A DNA stretch of 62,376 nt, counting the filler, from Sluysia triapertura (Eukaryota): the NCBI GenBank assembly GCA_046118255.1. It is 5 parts of 5 records of this genome, joined end to end, with 100 filler letters (N's around TTAATTAATTAA, not from the genome) between each part and the next. Parts side by side here need not be neighbours in the genome. Positions count along the whole stretch, not along the records: positions 24,810 to 39,406 come from JBJNIA010253969.1; 4 more parts are not named here. The stretch is one strand, 5' to 3'. Below the pieces are notes generated by a model, which ran no database searches, was not told the DNA's origin, and was given only the letters and a program-made list of their open reading frames with translations. Positions 26,028 to 38,536 of the stretch are shown here, piece after piece. The translations under genes and the position numbers were made by a program. Within the stretch, counting starts at the first letter, position 1; each line of letters begins with the position of its first letter.

Positions 26028-27960
26028 ATGTTATTTGTCATAATATTATTGGCCATGTTCGGTATAAATAGGACTAATGCAATAAAGGTTTTTAATTGCA
26101 GCCAACCTCAAATAGGCAGAAAATTTTCCTTAGTGGACATGCAAGATTATGCCGAATACAAATAAAATATACTAAAATAATGAAGGTTTATCAAGAGGAA
26201 AACTTAGTGAAAACATTAATAAGAGTGTATGTTAAAACGATCAGTAGCAATCATAGCATAATTGTCAAATGTTCTCGAATTATTTAAAATATAGAGAGGC
26301 ATTCAAAACGGGATAAATAAGTCTAAACAAAGGAGATAAGTTAAAAATAGAGAATAACGAGAAATAATTTATAACATTAGAACCGCTGGTAAGGTATTAA
26401 TAGACGGAACTTGCGAACAAGGAACGGTAGAATATGAGAAAAATTTTACCATAATGTTGTCGCCAAGAAACATATGTTGTAAGTTTAAAATCATTTAATG
26501 TAAGTTTTGACATGGAAAATGGAAGAATGATGTCACGATCATACTGTAAAAGTGATCACACTAGCTATAATACAAGAGAATCAATATTAATTTGTGAGTT
26601 AGACAAATTTCTGTGCCCATTAATATTCTTGAAACAAATAAAATTTAACCTAGTATCCGAATTTACATATCAGGATAAAGACGAATTTCCAATAGAAGGG
26701 ATAAATAAAAATCAAATAAACAAAAAAATATAGATCAATTACAAAGAAAAAGGTCGGATAAAATAGAAACACCATCAATTTAATAGCTAGTAGAGGAGAA
26801 GATGGTTTGATATTTATCTTAAAAGTGAAACAACAATTCGTTGTGGAGAAGAAATAACCGAAACAAATTATCATGGAATCTATCTGTCGGAAAAACAATA
26901 TTATTGTGAGAAATTTGTAAAACTAAATACCTATTTTAACAATAAAATCGATTTTTACTACTATTTAGGCTTAATATCCATGGAAAAGATTTACCAAATT
27001 ATGGTTACACGCGAATTTCAACTAAACGAAAAATTTTACGAACAAAACTAGCAGTGGCAATCGCTAATCCAGATTTAGTTGCACCATTAGAGGCAAGAGT
27101 TTTCGGTCGATTAATGGGGAAAGTGTTATATACCTATAAATGTAAAAAAATAGAAGTGCAATTAACATCAACTACTGATTCCATAAATGAATTACCTATA
27201 TTATATGGTAAAGTAGAAACATATATAGAACCGATAACCAGAGTAATTTTTCCGAATAACGAAGTTAAACCAAAACTGATGTATTGTTCATATGTCATGC
27301 AACCAGAATATAGAATAGATGATAATTTATGGATATCATGACCACATAGAAGTCAAGTAAAAATTCCAGAAATTAAATGTCTATCCAAATTAAAAGGAAA
27401 AAAAGTTTCTAGCTACAAAAACATACCTACTTCTGGCATTTATACCAACGATGACATTCAAGCATCCTGGCGGGAAATATTATTCCCGATAAAAAGATCG
27501 AAAATATTAACAGAGATTCTATTTAAAGCATCTGTTGAAAAGAACGAATAAGTAAATTTCGAATTGCTATTGGGACCATATCATTTTTAAATGGCCGTAC
27601 AGAATACGCTAAATCAAATATGGGGGAAATTTTTAATATTGTGACAAGCATTTTCCGGATTGATAGAAATTTGTACAATAATTTAGTAATTGCTAGATAA
27701 TTTCTCCAAAGTTTTCAGTAATCTAAATTTATAAAATTTCAGGTTAATAATCGGATATTTTCCATTTTTAGCGAAAGATCTTTTACATCATCATGCAAAT
27801 ACGCAAATAAATGCATTAAGAAAAGAAAAACAACAAACAGAAAAGAGACAGCAAATAAATATAGCTTTACATTAATTACAAAATAACTAAAACGAGGAAA
27901 TTGTAGAAAATCAAAAAATTAAATTATATCCTGACATTCCAACGTCACCCTCACATGTAG
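26028..27960 (+). pseudogene. Chuvirus/Monjiviricetes-like fusion glycoprotein (env-like), frameshifted
   Basis: Colinear motifs: signal peptide MLFVIILLAMFG, VFNCSQP..FSLVDMQD, DGTCEQG, CGEEITETNYHGIYL, TYFNNKIDF, ANPDLVA..GKVLYTYKCKKIEV..NELPI..YIEPITRVI, CSYVMQPEYRI..W, SGIYTNDDI..ILFP, then IWGKFLI..FSGLI transmembrane region. Confidence 0.88.
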
Positions 27961-28336
27961 TGTATATGATAATATACGCAAAAATTAATTACAATGGCTC
28001 AAAAAAACACAGGGGCAGAATAAATATCAAATATCAGAATGAATGACAGTTTAGTGAGGTTATTTTAATGTCCTGACACCAGTTTAGTGGAATTATGTTT
28101 ACATTTGTTAAAATTACATTTGAATTAGTAAAATATATTATTGAATTTGGTCCTCTCTGATAGAAAAAAACTTCGAAATTTGACTACTAAATGTATATAT
28201 TTTTTGTTATTATTATTACTATATTCACTCAATATAAAGTATTTGAAATTATTACAATGAAGAAAGAACTCGTGAACAAATATAAGATTTTTGTAAGAAA
28301 TGAGTTAGAGAATAAAACGAATTATTAAAAATTATC

Positions 28337-28390
28337 GTGAGTTCACCAACGTACTGGACTTACCAGCGAGGATCAGCCGTTGGATTTTAA
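28337..28390 (-). other. Conserved hairpin motif M1, copy 5
   Basis: Reverse complement: TTAAAAT CCAACG GCTG...CAGT A CGTTGG TGAA CTCAC. Confidence 0.7.
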
Positions 28391-29859
28391 TGAAAGACAA
28401 GGATACTTAATTTTAAACTGTGAAAATTTTACTTAACTCCTTAATTCTGGAGGTAAATTCTTAAAAATTTAGTTGTCAAATTTAACAAATTGAATTATAA
28501 TGTTACGTCGATTCCGTTATATGGAATCGGGAAAAAATATATTTTACTAACTAGAATTAACTTCTAGTACATGAAAACTACTAAATGATCAAGTTTAAGA
28601 TTTTAAAACTATAATGATAAAGTTTGAACAAAAATCGAAGACTTTATTAACAATATAAATTAGCATGTACAATAAACTAGAGGATATTTAATAATAATAA
28701 ATATGGATTTTGCGTGCAACTAATTTTATCTAATTAGTTTCTAAAAATGCATCAAGATTTTTTGTAAATATTTTACTTTAGATCTTTATAAGATGTCAAT
28801 TAATGATGATGATTTTGCGTGATCCTAATATAAACGAATTTAATGATTTGCTCTGGATCTCGAATGATAATTGATTTTAAAAACAAAATTTTTTTGTAAC
28901 TGGATCTCGAACAAAGTAAATGAATACTTGTAGTAAAATTTGTAAGAAAAATTTTTTGTGCTTTGTTACATTTTTACTGTGATATTTATAATTGTTTTAA
29001 TCTAACCTTGGCCAGATTAAAATTCATTAATTTATAATAATTAAAATTCGTATTTAGGATCACGTAAAAATTTTAAATAACTAAAATAATTTTAATAATT
29101 AAAAAATTTTAAATAATTAAAATATAAATATACTTTTTTATAAATTTCCAAAAGTAAATAAATTAACAATTTTTAACAATTGTGAATTAAAAAATCAATA
29201 ATAATGAATAATGCTGTGAAAATCAAAGTATAATAGTCATTACACACATAATAGTTACATTAGCTACACACGTAGTAGTTATATTAGTCATTACAATAAT
29301 ATTGGATGATCATATTTAAGTTAATATTTAATAAAATGTTTTTTATAGGACATTCTTTACTTTCATTTCTATTGCTATTTGTAAGCATATTTTATAAACT
29401 AACTTAAATATATTTTATTGTTTATTGTGTAATATACTTATAAGTTATCAAGGTTCTGTAATAAAATCTTGTTTTGTGTTGAAGATTTATTGATATTAAT
29501 ACTGTGGTAATAATGTTATGTCATAAATTTTATTAAATACAAATTTAAAGTTGTTACTTATAGACAATTTTATTGTCATAATTAATTTATTTAGGCTTAA
29601 TAACATTCGAAAGTTTTGCAAACTTATAATGTAATCATAATTAACTATATCAATATTAACTTTATTAATTACAAAACAAACACCTAATTGATTTATTTTA
29701 TAAAACTTTTTGATTTTAATATTTAATTTTTGATCTGGCTTATTCAATTTCAGACCATACCTCGATGTGACTAAAATTGAGATTCTAAAAAAGATTTAAA
29801 AATATAAATATATAATTCGATTTATATAGAAATGAGTTAAATCAAAATTTAGAATTATT

Positions 29860-30400
29860 TTTAAGTTCCCCTTGTTTCTCGAGTCTAATGATGTTGAATT
29901 CACACTTAATAATAAAGTACTGATATTACCATGATGATCACTGAGATTCAATGTTAAACCAAACAGATCCATGATTTCAAAAGCTTCATGACCTTATATA
30001 CAATTTCAGCCATATCAAGAAAATTCATCATTCTGTATTCTTCCATATAAGCATAAGCCATGAGTGTAATAATTGTCTTGATTGACATAAAGTTGTAACA
30101 TTTTACGAGATATGCTGCTACTTTAGTAACATTTCAAGGGGCCTGCCCTTGCTTTTTCTTTTGACTTGTTCTTTATTAATGATATAGTTTTATTTGTGAT
30201 CACGTACGAGTCGACATGGATAGAGACATCTACACATTTATTTATCTTCATCACAATTTAAATAGAAGCACCAACATGGTTTGAATCAAATTGTTTAACT
30301 TGAGATACATGAAATAGTTCAGTCGAATTTCTTATATTAACATGTTTTACACCTTGTTTATCTACTAATTTTACATACAATTTGAAGGTAAAGAGTTAAT
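29860..30400 (-). pseudogene. Decayed paralogue of the CCCH ORF at 7558-7980
   Basis: KQFDSNH..VDSYVITNKTISL..YTHGLCLYGRIQNDEFS*YG*NCI*GH versus KQFDLKH..LDSYVMTNQVTSL..YKAGLCLYETAQSGKCIRYGKDCVYYH. Confidence 0.75.
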
Positions 30401-30785
30401 TTTAATAAGTTTCGCATATTTTGATTTTAAAATTAGTTCTTTAACGAATTCTAATATTTTAAATTATAATTCATCGAAATGTACGATTAACGCTAATTTT
30501 AACGAAATATCATCCAAAAATTCATGTTTAGGTAGCATGGTTTCCATAAATAATTATTTTATACGAAAATAGATTTAAAAATTGATATAAGTTCTTAAAA
30601 CAATAATTCAGATTCGATAAAATTAAAACATAAATTAAATTGATTCGCTTTATCACCGTGAAATTATAAATTTCTTTATACAACAGCGATAAAAATGATA
30701 CTCTAAATATTCTGCTGAAGAAATTATAGGACAACGATGAAATGTTAATGTGTTAATTACTGACGCAGACTAGTTATAGTATGAT

Positions 30786-30957
30786 GATTGGACGTGATTG
30801 GATAGCTAATCAGGTAATAAATATAAAAAATATTATTTTATTTTTGCACACAACTTTGTACACATTAAATGAAAATAAGTCTGTCCATGATTAGTCGTCC
30901 AATTAAATGAAACAAAATATAATAGCAGAAAGACATTTAATTGGACGTCCAATCAAT
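30786..30957. promoter_or_regulatory. CCAAT/GACGTC box cluster between divergent decayed ORFs
   Basis: GATTGGACGTGATTGG (30786), GATTAGTCGTCCAAT (30889) and ATTGGACGTCCAATCAAT (30940). The last two are 50 bp apart, as at 8616/8666. Confidence 0.6.
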
Positions 30958-33900
30958 TGAAGTAACTGACACTTAGTAACTGTCATCAGTAACTGTCAAC
31001 GACATGCTGAATCATTTATATCAACTGTCGCCTGGTGACATTAAAAATGTGAAAAAGAAATCGCAGTACCGAAGAAATCGAAGATATATTATATGATGCT
31101 GTTTTTGAACTTGAGGAAGATGAGATCGTAAAGGTTACGTTTTAATTAATATTAATAATATCAATAATGAAGATAATCATGAAGAAGCTATCTTTGATGT
31201 TTGGTAATACGCGATCTCTTTTATCAATGATAAAGCAGTTATTGGTGCATATAAGAACAATATCTATTCGAAAAGTTTATAAGTTTTATGGTTTACGCTT
31301 CTAACAAAGTTTAAACAAATATTTTAAGTATCTATTTGTTTTTATTAAATAGATAAAATGGTCTAAGGTAGATCATTTTTGTGAAATATTTAAGATAAAA
31401 TTGAATTGTTTGTAAAATTTTATAAACGAATAGATTTGGCAAAGAAAATTATAAAATGCCTCGCACTTGAATTAGGATTGATTAAGGAATTGAAATAAAT
31501 TCCTATCGTGTTCGATTAATCGACATTAAGGTTGAAATGAACCTTAGCCATTCTTATAAAATATTTTATCAGAATCTATCCATAAAAATACAAAAGCGGG
31601 GCTTACAACTATTACTGAGGATATGATTTTAATATTACTTATTAGATTTTGTTAAAGAAACATCTAAAATTAAATCCTTTAAATTAATCACAAGTAAAAT
31701 GCTTCATGATCAGGCCATCGATGATTATTGTAACTTATGACAAAGATATGTAGACAAGTATATGTTCAAATACAATAACATTAAAGTTTATGACATGATT
31801 AATAACAGTGCTAGTTTTTTTATGAGTTTTCAAACTTCATAAATGAGGTTGTTTTCTGTTAAGAAAATATTCTAGGTTTAATTTCAATCCATTCGAAATT
31901 GTAATACCATTAAGTCTAGTTCCATTTTATTTAAAAATGAAACATCAACGCTAGTAGATTATTCTGCCAATTAGGAAACACTTCAGGAATATTTAATATC
32001 TTCTGATAACTTCTACTATAATCTCTATCTCATAAAGCTGTTTAATCTTAACTTTATATTTTAACGTTATATTTTAAGAGAAAACCTCAATGATTGGACA
32101 CTATTTTTTCCTTTTTATTTTCCAAAACTGACTTTATCTTTTTTGGAAGTAAAACCATAAATAAATATTGAAAAAAGAATAATGTGTTGTAATTTATAAA
32201 ATTGTATTCAAATATTTCTTAAATTCAAGCATAAAAAATTTTTTTATAGATGATATGCTTGATTAACATTTTATGTTAAATTGTATAGATGACGAATTTG
32301 CATATTNNNNNNNNNNNNNNNNNNNNNNNNNNNNNNNNNNNNNNNNNNNNNNNNNNNNNNNNNNNNNNNNNNNNNNNNNNNNNNNNNNNNNNNNNNNNNN
32401 NNNNNNNNNNNNNNNNNNNNNNNNNNNNNNNNNNNNNTCAAAAAAATTATTATTTTAAAAAATTATTACTCAAAAGAATATATTAATTAAAAAACTAAAT
32501 GTAGAATAAAATTATCAAAAAAATATAAATGTTTCATATTGAAATTAAAGAAAACAAAGAATAAAATTAATATATTCGTACAAAGTAAATTTTTATGTTA
32601 TGATATTCTCCGCATTATTTTACTTTTGATATCAATTTTTATTTGATTTGTCGGTTTTATTGTTTATAAATAAAATTTTATTTGTTTTTGTAAAATATTT
32701 TGCGTTTTACATTCACGATAATGTTTACTTTTAACATAAATTAAATAACTAAAATCTTTTTTTATTAAAAACTAAAATTAAAAAAAGTAAAAGAATCAGT
32801 TTTATTTTCTTTAAATAATGGTTTAAATTAGTTTATTTTTATTATCAAAGTTATAAATTATATATAATGCAAAACAAAATTATATTTTAAAAAAATGGTA
32901 CTTTGTAAATAGATTTTTAAACTCGAAATATGAGATAAATATTAAAACTTATAAAATATAATTTTACAAGATAATCCGCAAAAAACTTCTTTTTTAAAAA
33001 AATGGTTTTATGAACAATTTAAAAATTAAGATCATTCATGTAACAAGGGAATTTTCAATATAATATCTGAAAAATAAATAATTTTTAATAAATATAATTA
33101 AAATAGTTTTATGATATTTTTATTAATATTTAATTATTATTTCTTATCTTTACCATAATAATATTCTTGTTTCCTGTTGCTTTTATTACTCTTTCCTTAA
33201 TGTCGTTGTTAAGATAACTAAATCTTCTTGTTTTGATTGAAAACTCATATCGTCATATGCTTTTTAAAATCTTTTCTTTAAATCTTTTTCTAGTTTTATG
33301 TTTGATTTCGAAGCTTTTAAAGGCTTTTGTGATTTTAGCAATATATAACTTTTTAGGTTTTAACGAAGAAACGAAAAGTATACATATTTATTTATTCTGC
33401 ATTGTAGAAAATTAATATTATATTTATGAAACATTTACTTTAATAACATTTTAGAAATTTTTTTCATTTTTATTAATTTTTCCTATAATATCTGTTTTCA
33501 ACAAATTAATATTATGAAAATTAAATTTTTGAAAACTTTAAACGACAATTTTAATTTTAATATAAATATTTATTTTACCAGTAGATCTGTTGGACAAAGA
33601 TTCTAAATTCTTCAGTCATAAACAATGATCGCAACCCAAGATTACAGTTCTTTTGTTATAGTCCTGTTATTCTCAAAGCCTTAGTGATCGATAATCAACA
33701 GAAGAAAAAAAGAATAAGTACTTCCTCTTTCTCTATTTAATAAAAAACTTAATATAATGTTGAATTTATTCAAATAGTTAATAGTTTTATTAGTTTATGG
33801 AGTCAAAACTGAATTAACTTAAAGGTAAAATATTGAAAAATATAAAATAAAATGTTGAAGAATTTTATTTAACATAAAAATCCTTCTAATTATCTCTATG

Positions 33901-34149
33901 TCCAATGGTTTTGTGGATAAGTTTAAAAATAACGGTACTTTTTTCGTAAAAAGCATACACAATTATTAATATTTTTTCCGTTACTTGTAAAATATAATTA
34001 TTAGTACGTCAAACGAAAACATTGTAATTTTTAAAGCACAAAAAATGAACAAAAGAAGTTGTCATTTTTAGTTTAAAATTTAACCAAAAACATGTAAAAT
34101 TAAAAATGTAAAAATAACAAGATTTAATGTTTTAGACAAACTAAACTTA

Positions 34150-34200
<51 letters not shown>

Positions 34201-36348
34201 TTATAAAAACTTAGTATAATTATTGTGCTTTATTTTATTAATTTTATGATAAATAAAAGATACTTCATTAAAATGTTGAATTACTGTAAAATAATTATTT
34301 ATTAAAAACATAAGTAACAAAATAAGTGTTGCAAAGAACAACTTTACATTTTTATTCAACCATCACTCAATAAATAAACAAAAAAATTAATTAATTAATA
34401 ATTAATTATTTAATTTTTATGTTTTTAATTATTATTTAAATTATTTTAAATATTCTAAATAAAAATTATAAAATGAATTACAAAAATAAATTTGTATTAA
34501 AAATTACCATATCAAGAAAATAATAATTAAAAACGTTTCAGATATTTATTCTAAATTTTATTTCTTAATCTTTAATTTTCTAATTTGTTTTATAATATTT
34601 TTATTTCTTTATTTTATTTTGTACTTATTTTAACATTTCTTTTATTTTAACATTTTACTTCATTTTTTAATTTATTTTCGTTTTTATTTTTTTACTTTTA
34701 TTATTTTTTGTTTTAATTTTATTTAATTTTTAATTAGTTTCAATTATTATTTCAAAGATTAATTAAAAGCAAATTAAAAACATAATTTCCTTTTTAATTT
34801 TGTTAATTATTTATTTTAGTATTTTTTAATTTATTTTTAATAAAATTTAAAAAAATATGTTACTAGACAATAATGAAAAGTTTTGTTATTTCTTTTAATA
34901 TAATTATTGTATAATTTTCAATTAATTATAAATTTAAAGCCAGGCTTTACACAATATCAATAAATGTTTTATTTAAATGTTCTTAAATGAAAAATAAATA
35001 AATAATTTAATTACTAAAATATAAAATAAAGAAATAAATAAAGTTTTAATCACAATGTTTGCCATTAGTGAATTCAAATCGTTATTTTACAGCAGAAATA
35101 TTACTAGTATTGTTTCATGGCAAAAAATTTATGACGATATACAAACTTATATCGTCAAATTTATGAGCAACTAAGATAAATGTTTTACTAACTGAAAAAA
35201 TATTAATAAAAATAGTTTATGAAGACCCTGTGAAAGGATCTATAATAAGTGATTTTGATATATTAGAATTTAATTCTAATAGATGACATCTTTGTTTTAG
35301 CGGGGATTTTATAATTAAAACTATAAAATTTAAGTGTTAATGGTAAAAATAAAATAAATTCTTTAGCAATTTATATTAAACACTTGATAAATTATAAATG
35401 AGGCTATAAATATAAAATAGGTATGTTACACAGAATTAATTAAATTTAATTCTCAAAATGATAGTAATTTATTAATGATTTTGCGTGAAATCTATTATAA
35501 GATTTCGGAAATGATTATAAAACTTAATTTACGTCTATGTTGTATATCCACAAATTAATATAAAAAATAACATTTTTTATTAGAAGAGGAATTAAAAAAT
35601 TTAATTTTCTTCGCAGGAATTTTTCTTAATCTTCGCAAGTTTAGTTTTGTTACTTCGATAAAAGTATTTATAGGAATTGAATAACAAAAATCTGTTTACA
35701 AAATTATGTTAAAAATTGTGTGATGTTCATTAAAACTCACAACTACTTATAGTTGATTTAGCTGGCCTAGGCCAGATTAAAACAAAATATGTCATTTAAT
35801 TTATTAAAACAAGATTTTTTAAAGATATTAGAACAGTTTAAAATTTTACCTATAATTTATATAATTACTTACGTTAGTTTATTTTGAAAATAATAATTAT
35901 CCAAAAAATTAAATAATAATATTCCAAAAAAGTAATCCGATTAAAAAGCAAAACAAAATTATAAAAATCAAAAACAAAAATTATAAATCAACAAATTATA
36001 AATAGTTATTATAAAAATCAATAATTTGTACAAACTAATTTTATTAAATTGTCATAAATTACATTATGCATAAATCAATAATTTATATTGTATAGATGTT
36101 CATTAAAATATTATATAATGTGTTACACATAACATACACTTTTCACATGATATACATTCGACAATACATTCATCTTACAACTCAAAATATTTAACAAAAT
36201 CATTAATCGTAATCACAGTTCTTAGATCATCAAATAATTCTTTTTACATTCTTGTTGGAAACTTTACTAAATCTTATAACATGCACCGTTTCTAATTGAA
36301 GTGCAAGTATTTAAACTTATAAAGACAACTTATATTTACAAAATGACT

Positions 36349-36409
36349 CTGGAGGTTAGTTCGCCTGATTGGATGCGATTAGATAGATACGTTCTAACCA
36401 GGATTTTAA
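36349..36409 (-). other. Conserved hairpin motif M1, copy 6
   Basis: Reverse complement: TTAAAAT CCTGGTT...AATCAGG CGAA CTAAC CTCCAG; flanks are homologous to copy 1. Confidence 0.65.
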
Positions 36410-36836
36410 TAATCTTAACTTAGCAATGAAGTTTATCTACGGTGATTCAATGTTCCAAAGAATTCGTATAAAATCTATGAACAAATATAAACGAAACAAT
36501 TAAAGTGTATGAACTTAAAATAACAAAGACAATATTATCTAAACAAAAGTTTTTTGATTAATTCACAATTTAAGCCAACCAGTTGCGATCAGACAATATT
36601 TTAAATGTTAAGTCAGCTTGTTACGGTCTGACAAATCAGTTACAGATTTTAAAAGTTGAATCAGCCAGTTACGGTCTCATATAAGATTTTAATTTATATC
36701 CAACAATTAACTTATGATATACCAAAATTGTCTACAGATTTAATCAAGTAAATGAATAAAAAGAAATCGAATATAATATTAATAATGATTTTAAAACCTT
36801 AAGAGTAAATCTTAGGTGTGAGAAATCAATGTATTT

Positions 36837-38033
36837 TGTGATGGTCGAGGTTTTAAAAATTGAAGTATGGTTAATAGTAAAAAAATATTTAAATTGAACA
36901 CAATTAGTTTACTCTAACGAGACTTAAGGTCCGCTCGAATTGTTACGTCGAAAATCGAGAACAGGCTTAAGGCCTAAGATCAATTCATTAAATGAAAAAG
37001 AAAACACAAAATAACAACTTTCATTATCTATTTCGCAATTCAAAATTCGGTAAAAATGGAAAAATATAAAACATTTATCAAGAATTAACGTGGTCAATAC
37101 TTTTTGATAATTAGAATTAATTAATTTAAAATTTAAATCAGCCAACCACTTATAAAATTCCTCACTAGCACTAAGATCAAGTTCTTGACGTAACTTTCTC
37201 CTATATGATAAGTTTCTTGTGGCAGGATTCGACTATTTAATGAAATATGAATTTTTCTTGATACTACAGTGTCTTCCTTAGTGCAGATTCACAAATTGAC
37301 ATTGATAAAGAGACAGTTATCATTGGATAAGTAGATACGAGATTTGTATGAAGACAAATTTGGCAACTGTATAAATTTAAATTATATACTTTACTTTCGA
37401 GACAAATTTTAAGACATGATGATTTTGGGAAACTGCAGCTTTTACTGTGCCTTTTATTAGCTTGTACACATTTGATTTTTAAATTATGTAGGTTAGAAGA
37501 TAAATTCATGTAAGTCAGAGTCTCATTACCTTTTACTAAAAATCCTAAAAGACATACTTGTAGGATCAACTGGCCCATGAATGGCAGCATTAACTCCTCT
37601 CCAAGAAAGAGGTATGGAGTGATACGGTTCGACTTGTCGAACTTTAAATTTGAGCATCCTTTTATTTCAAAAAGTCTTAGCCAAAGAAAATTCTTAATAT
37701 TTAAACAAAAGTAATAATTATTTTTGAAATTTTTGCTTTTAACATTAAAAAATTAATAAAAATAATAATATGGAAGAATAATAGTAATAAAAATGATTAA
37801 TAAAATAATAAAAATATTAAAAATAATAGAAATAATAATGATGATGTTAATGATGATCAGGGGAAAAAGAAACATGATATTGATATAAAGGGTTTTGATA
37901 TGAGGTTTAGAGTTTGTAGAGTGTTATTTGTAGTTTATGCAGATGTAGGAAAGTGACGATAACATGAAAAGATTGGATGTGGAATTTTATGAATGTTGAG
38001 GATAACAAAATTATTAATAAGCGTGATACCACA
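36837..38033. mobile_element. TGTG...CCACA element with imperfect 5-bp TSD and a decayed + strand ORF (~37260-37713)
   Basis: TATTT|TGTGATGG ... GATACCACA|TAATT, with a G-rich arm before the right end. It interrupts the hairpin module at 36349-38230. Confidence 0.5.
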
Positions 38034-38483
38034 TAATTAACCTAGCCAGTTACGGTCTAGTACAAATAATCAGATTTTAAGGGTGTTGTAATAATATCCA
38101 ATCACTTACGATTATGAATTTTAAAACTTATTTAAAAACTTTACCTCTTCGTGGAAAACTGCTGTCGAGAGAATCTCAAATAGTAGATGGAAATTGTGTT
38201 GAATACAATTATTACTTTCCATTATTTATATTAAAATTCCTATCGCCATATTGAGTACGGCGTCAATTAATAAATGATAATAACAAATGATAAATGAAAT
38301 TAATTTATATTGTGGGAATTTAATAAGAGATACTCATGTTGCGTCTTTAAAGTATTAGTTATTACGACTCAATATTAACTTGATTAGCGTAAAGGAACCT
38401 TAATAATTTAAATAGTCAGTATATCAATTATATTTTTGCAGTAATATTCTTGTGAGAAATTTAGAATAAAATGATATCTTATT

Positions 38484-38536
38484 GTGAGTTCATCAACGTA
38501 CTGGGCTAACAAGTTAGGGACAGCCGTTGGATTATG
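38484..38536 (-). other. Conserved hairpin motif M1, copy 7
   Basis: Reverse complement: CATAAT CCAACG GCTG...CAGT A CGTTGA TGAA CTCAC; flanks are homologous to copy 5. Confidence 0.65.

Larger units (their letters stand above)
29503..32306. mobile_element. Second TGTGGT-family element (right end lost in or beyond the gap)
   Basis: Starts TGTGGTAAT, carries a paralogue of the 7558-8150 gene and the same CCAAT palindromes. Left boundary is inferred. Confidence 0.6.
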
